A DNA stretch of 63,989 bases, the filler included, from Basidioascus undulatus (lineage: Eukaryota): assembly GCA_000826855.1 (NCBI GenBank). It is 5 parts of 5 records of this genome, joined end to end, with 100 filler letters (N's around TTAATTAATTAA, not from the genome) between each part and the next. Parts side by side here need not be neighbours in the genome. Positions count along the whole stretch, not along the records: positions 55,655 to 63,989 come from JTLS01001402.1; 4 more parts are not named here. One strand, 5' to 3'. Below, in pieces: positions 62,019 through 63,989 of the stretch (position 1 is the first letter of the stretch; each line of letters starts with the position of its first letter). A program made the position numbers and the translations under genes. The notes under the pieces are model-generated. The model searched no databases. It was not told the origin of the DNA and worked only from the letters and a program-made list of their open reading frames with translations.

Positions 62019-63989
62019 TCAAATAGCCACCCGCTTGCGCTTCTTTGAAGCCTCCTCTATCCGCTGCCGGACCTTCTCCTCGTCCATGCCCTCCTCCTCC
62101 CAGTACTCGGCCGTCCGGTCCGCCTCGTGCTGCCGCCGGATGAAGCGCAGCGCGGCGAGGTTGAAGCCGATGATGTCCTGTTTGAGCGAACCGGCACAGT
62201 CGTTAACTCATGTTAAGACGCGGGATGTGGGACCACTAGAACGCACCTTCTGCCGACGCAGTGCCTCCCGAAGATGACCACGCAGGGATACCATCGTCGT
62301 CCGCATGACACGGTTCGCGACGATCTGATGGTGGTGCGTCTTGAGGAGGAAGAAGAGGATGCGCGAGAGGAGAGGAATGTTCCATTCCTGCAGTAGCGGC
62401 GGCGATTAAGTCAACACTCAGGACGACCTCATGGGCAAGACATTGCCGGTTGAAACTCACCTTGTGCGCCCAGTAGTCCAAGTACTCCATCAAGCTGACT
62501 ACCTGCCCGAACGGCAGGACGAGCAGCGCATCATGCAGCTCGGGCCCAGGGATCTTCTCCACGACGCGGAGGACGTACGCCTCCGCGCTGATATCGTTGT
62601 ACGCGCCAAAAATGGGGTTCCTTGGCGGTGGGCCGCCCACTTTCGCCTTGTCCTGCTCGGAGAGGACGGCGTAGTCGCGCGCGGCGGACCGGTCCGCGTC
62701 CGCCAGGTCGAGCGCCTCGATGATCCGCTCGCCCGCCATCAACGTCTGCGACGTCTGCTTTGTAACGCCCGACGCTTCTGGCGCGCCCGTGTCGTGCCCC
62801 TCCGCACGCTCGAGCGTCGCGGCGAGGTCGGACTCGTACAGGTGCTCGAGTTCCTTCTCGCGCTCTTCTTCGAGGAAGAGCTGATAACGCGGACAGTGTG
62901 TAAGCCTGCCTGTAGCAAGGGCGCGCGAAGAAGATACTACACACAGGCTCGTCCGTCTTCTCCCAGACACGGATCGACTTGTCGTGCGAGCCGGTAACGA
63001 CGAACTTTCCGTCGTTGCTGGTAACGAGGGCCCAGACCTCGCCGTGGTGCCCATCAAGCTTTTGGATGTTCTCGAACTGCATCCTCACCGCACCTCAATC
63101 AGCCACATCATCCCGAACCCCATGTCGTCACGCAAGCCATAGCCAGACGCACCTTGTCGCCGTCCCAGTACCCGACGCGCTTGTCCTTGCTGACGGTCCA
63201 GAAGTAGTGCGAGCCCCGCTCGAACGCGACCTGCATAATGCTCTCGTCGTGCGCGAAGATGGACTTGTGGCAGTCGCCGAAGTCCAGCCCCCAGATCTTG
63301 ACGTTCTTGTCCGCGGAGCAGGTGATGATGAGCTTGGAGTCGTGCGAGATGTCGAGCGAGAGGACGGGGAGCTGCGAGCGAGCATCGGAGCCGTCAGCAA
63401 GAAATGGGAGGAAGAAGGATGCACGGAGAGATGATGGGCATCGAAGGGGAGACGGTACCTTGTGCCCGTAGAGGGAGAGGAAGAACTTGAGCGAGTCTTG
63501 GAAGAAGACTTTGACGGTCGCGTCCATGAGCGAGACAGCGAGGAGGCGCCCGTCGGGGCTGTACTTGACGGCGAGGACGTCGTCCGTCATCTTGAGCGTC
63601 CGAACATGGACGAGCCCAAGCTGCTTCGTCTTGACCTGTTTTACCTCCCACGGCACAATCCCGCTCTGTCAGAGACACGCATGTTCCTTTCCGGGGAATA
63701 AAGAGGGAAGGGCCACGCACGTCGTCCCCAACCTCCACTGTCTCAAACTCCCAGAACTTGACGTCCTTGTCACCGCTGCCGGTGACGAGCGCCTGCCCGT
63801 CCGGCCGGACGTGCATGCCGTACACGGGCCCGTCGTGCGCCGCCGTCTCGTACACGAGCGACGCGGACGCAAGGTCGAACAGCTGCAGCGCGCCGGACTT
63901 GGTGCCGACGAGGACCTGTCCCCACCCGCCGCACCGGGATGTCAGTTGCTGTTCGGAGGCGAGAAGAGGATAGTGTGTGGGGAGAGGAG
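62019..63989 (-). CDS. DIP2: U3 snoRNP WD40 protein Dip2/Utp12 (WDR3); 5' part outside window
   Basis: [85 protein letters not shown]. Confidence 0.97.

Overview
Eukaryotic, intron-rich, GC-rich fungal DNA. Short GT-AG introns (about 50-110 nt) with CTRAC branch sites and the gene content point to a basidiomycete, possibly a Pucciniomycotina yeast (inference). Five contigs are joined by artificial N..TTAATTAATTAA..N spacers, so adjacency across the gaps is unreliable. Conserved genes with no lesions seen: RPL33, UDP-glucose:glycoprotein glucosyltransferase, the Vps16 C-terminal half, a GH28 RgxB-like pectinase, ARL2, an Aur1/Ipt1-family PAP2 enzyme, a lactonase/muconate cyclase, INCENP and DIP2/UTP12. 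Between them lie many decaying accessory genes: a LaeA-like methyltransferase, a metallophosphoesterase, several F-box-like genes, an MFS permease, a DUF1308-like gene, a modin-like gene and a Tad-like LINE relic. Most notable: a predicted secreted Asp/Glu/Lys-rich gene built from duplicated microexon+intron modules, a RhoGEF/Vps16 chimeric junction, a 69-bp ARL2-GH28 spacer, a modin-like locus in a near-intronless island, and a strongly CpG-depleted tract. All family calls come from motif recognition by eye; no searches were run.
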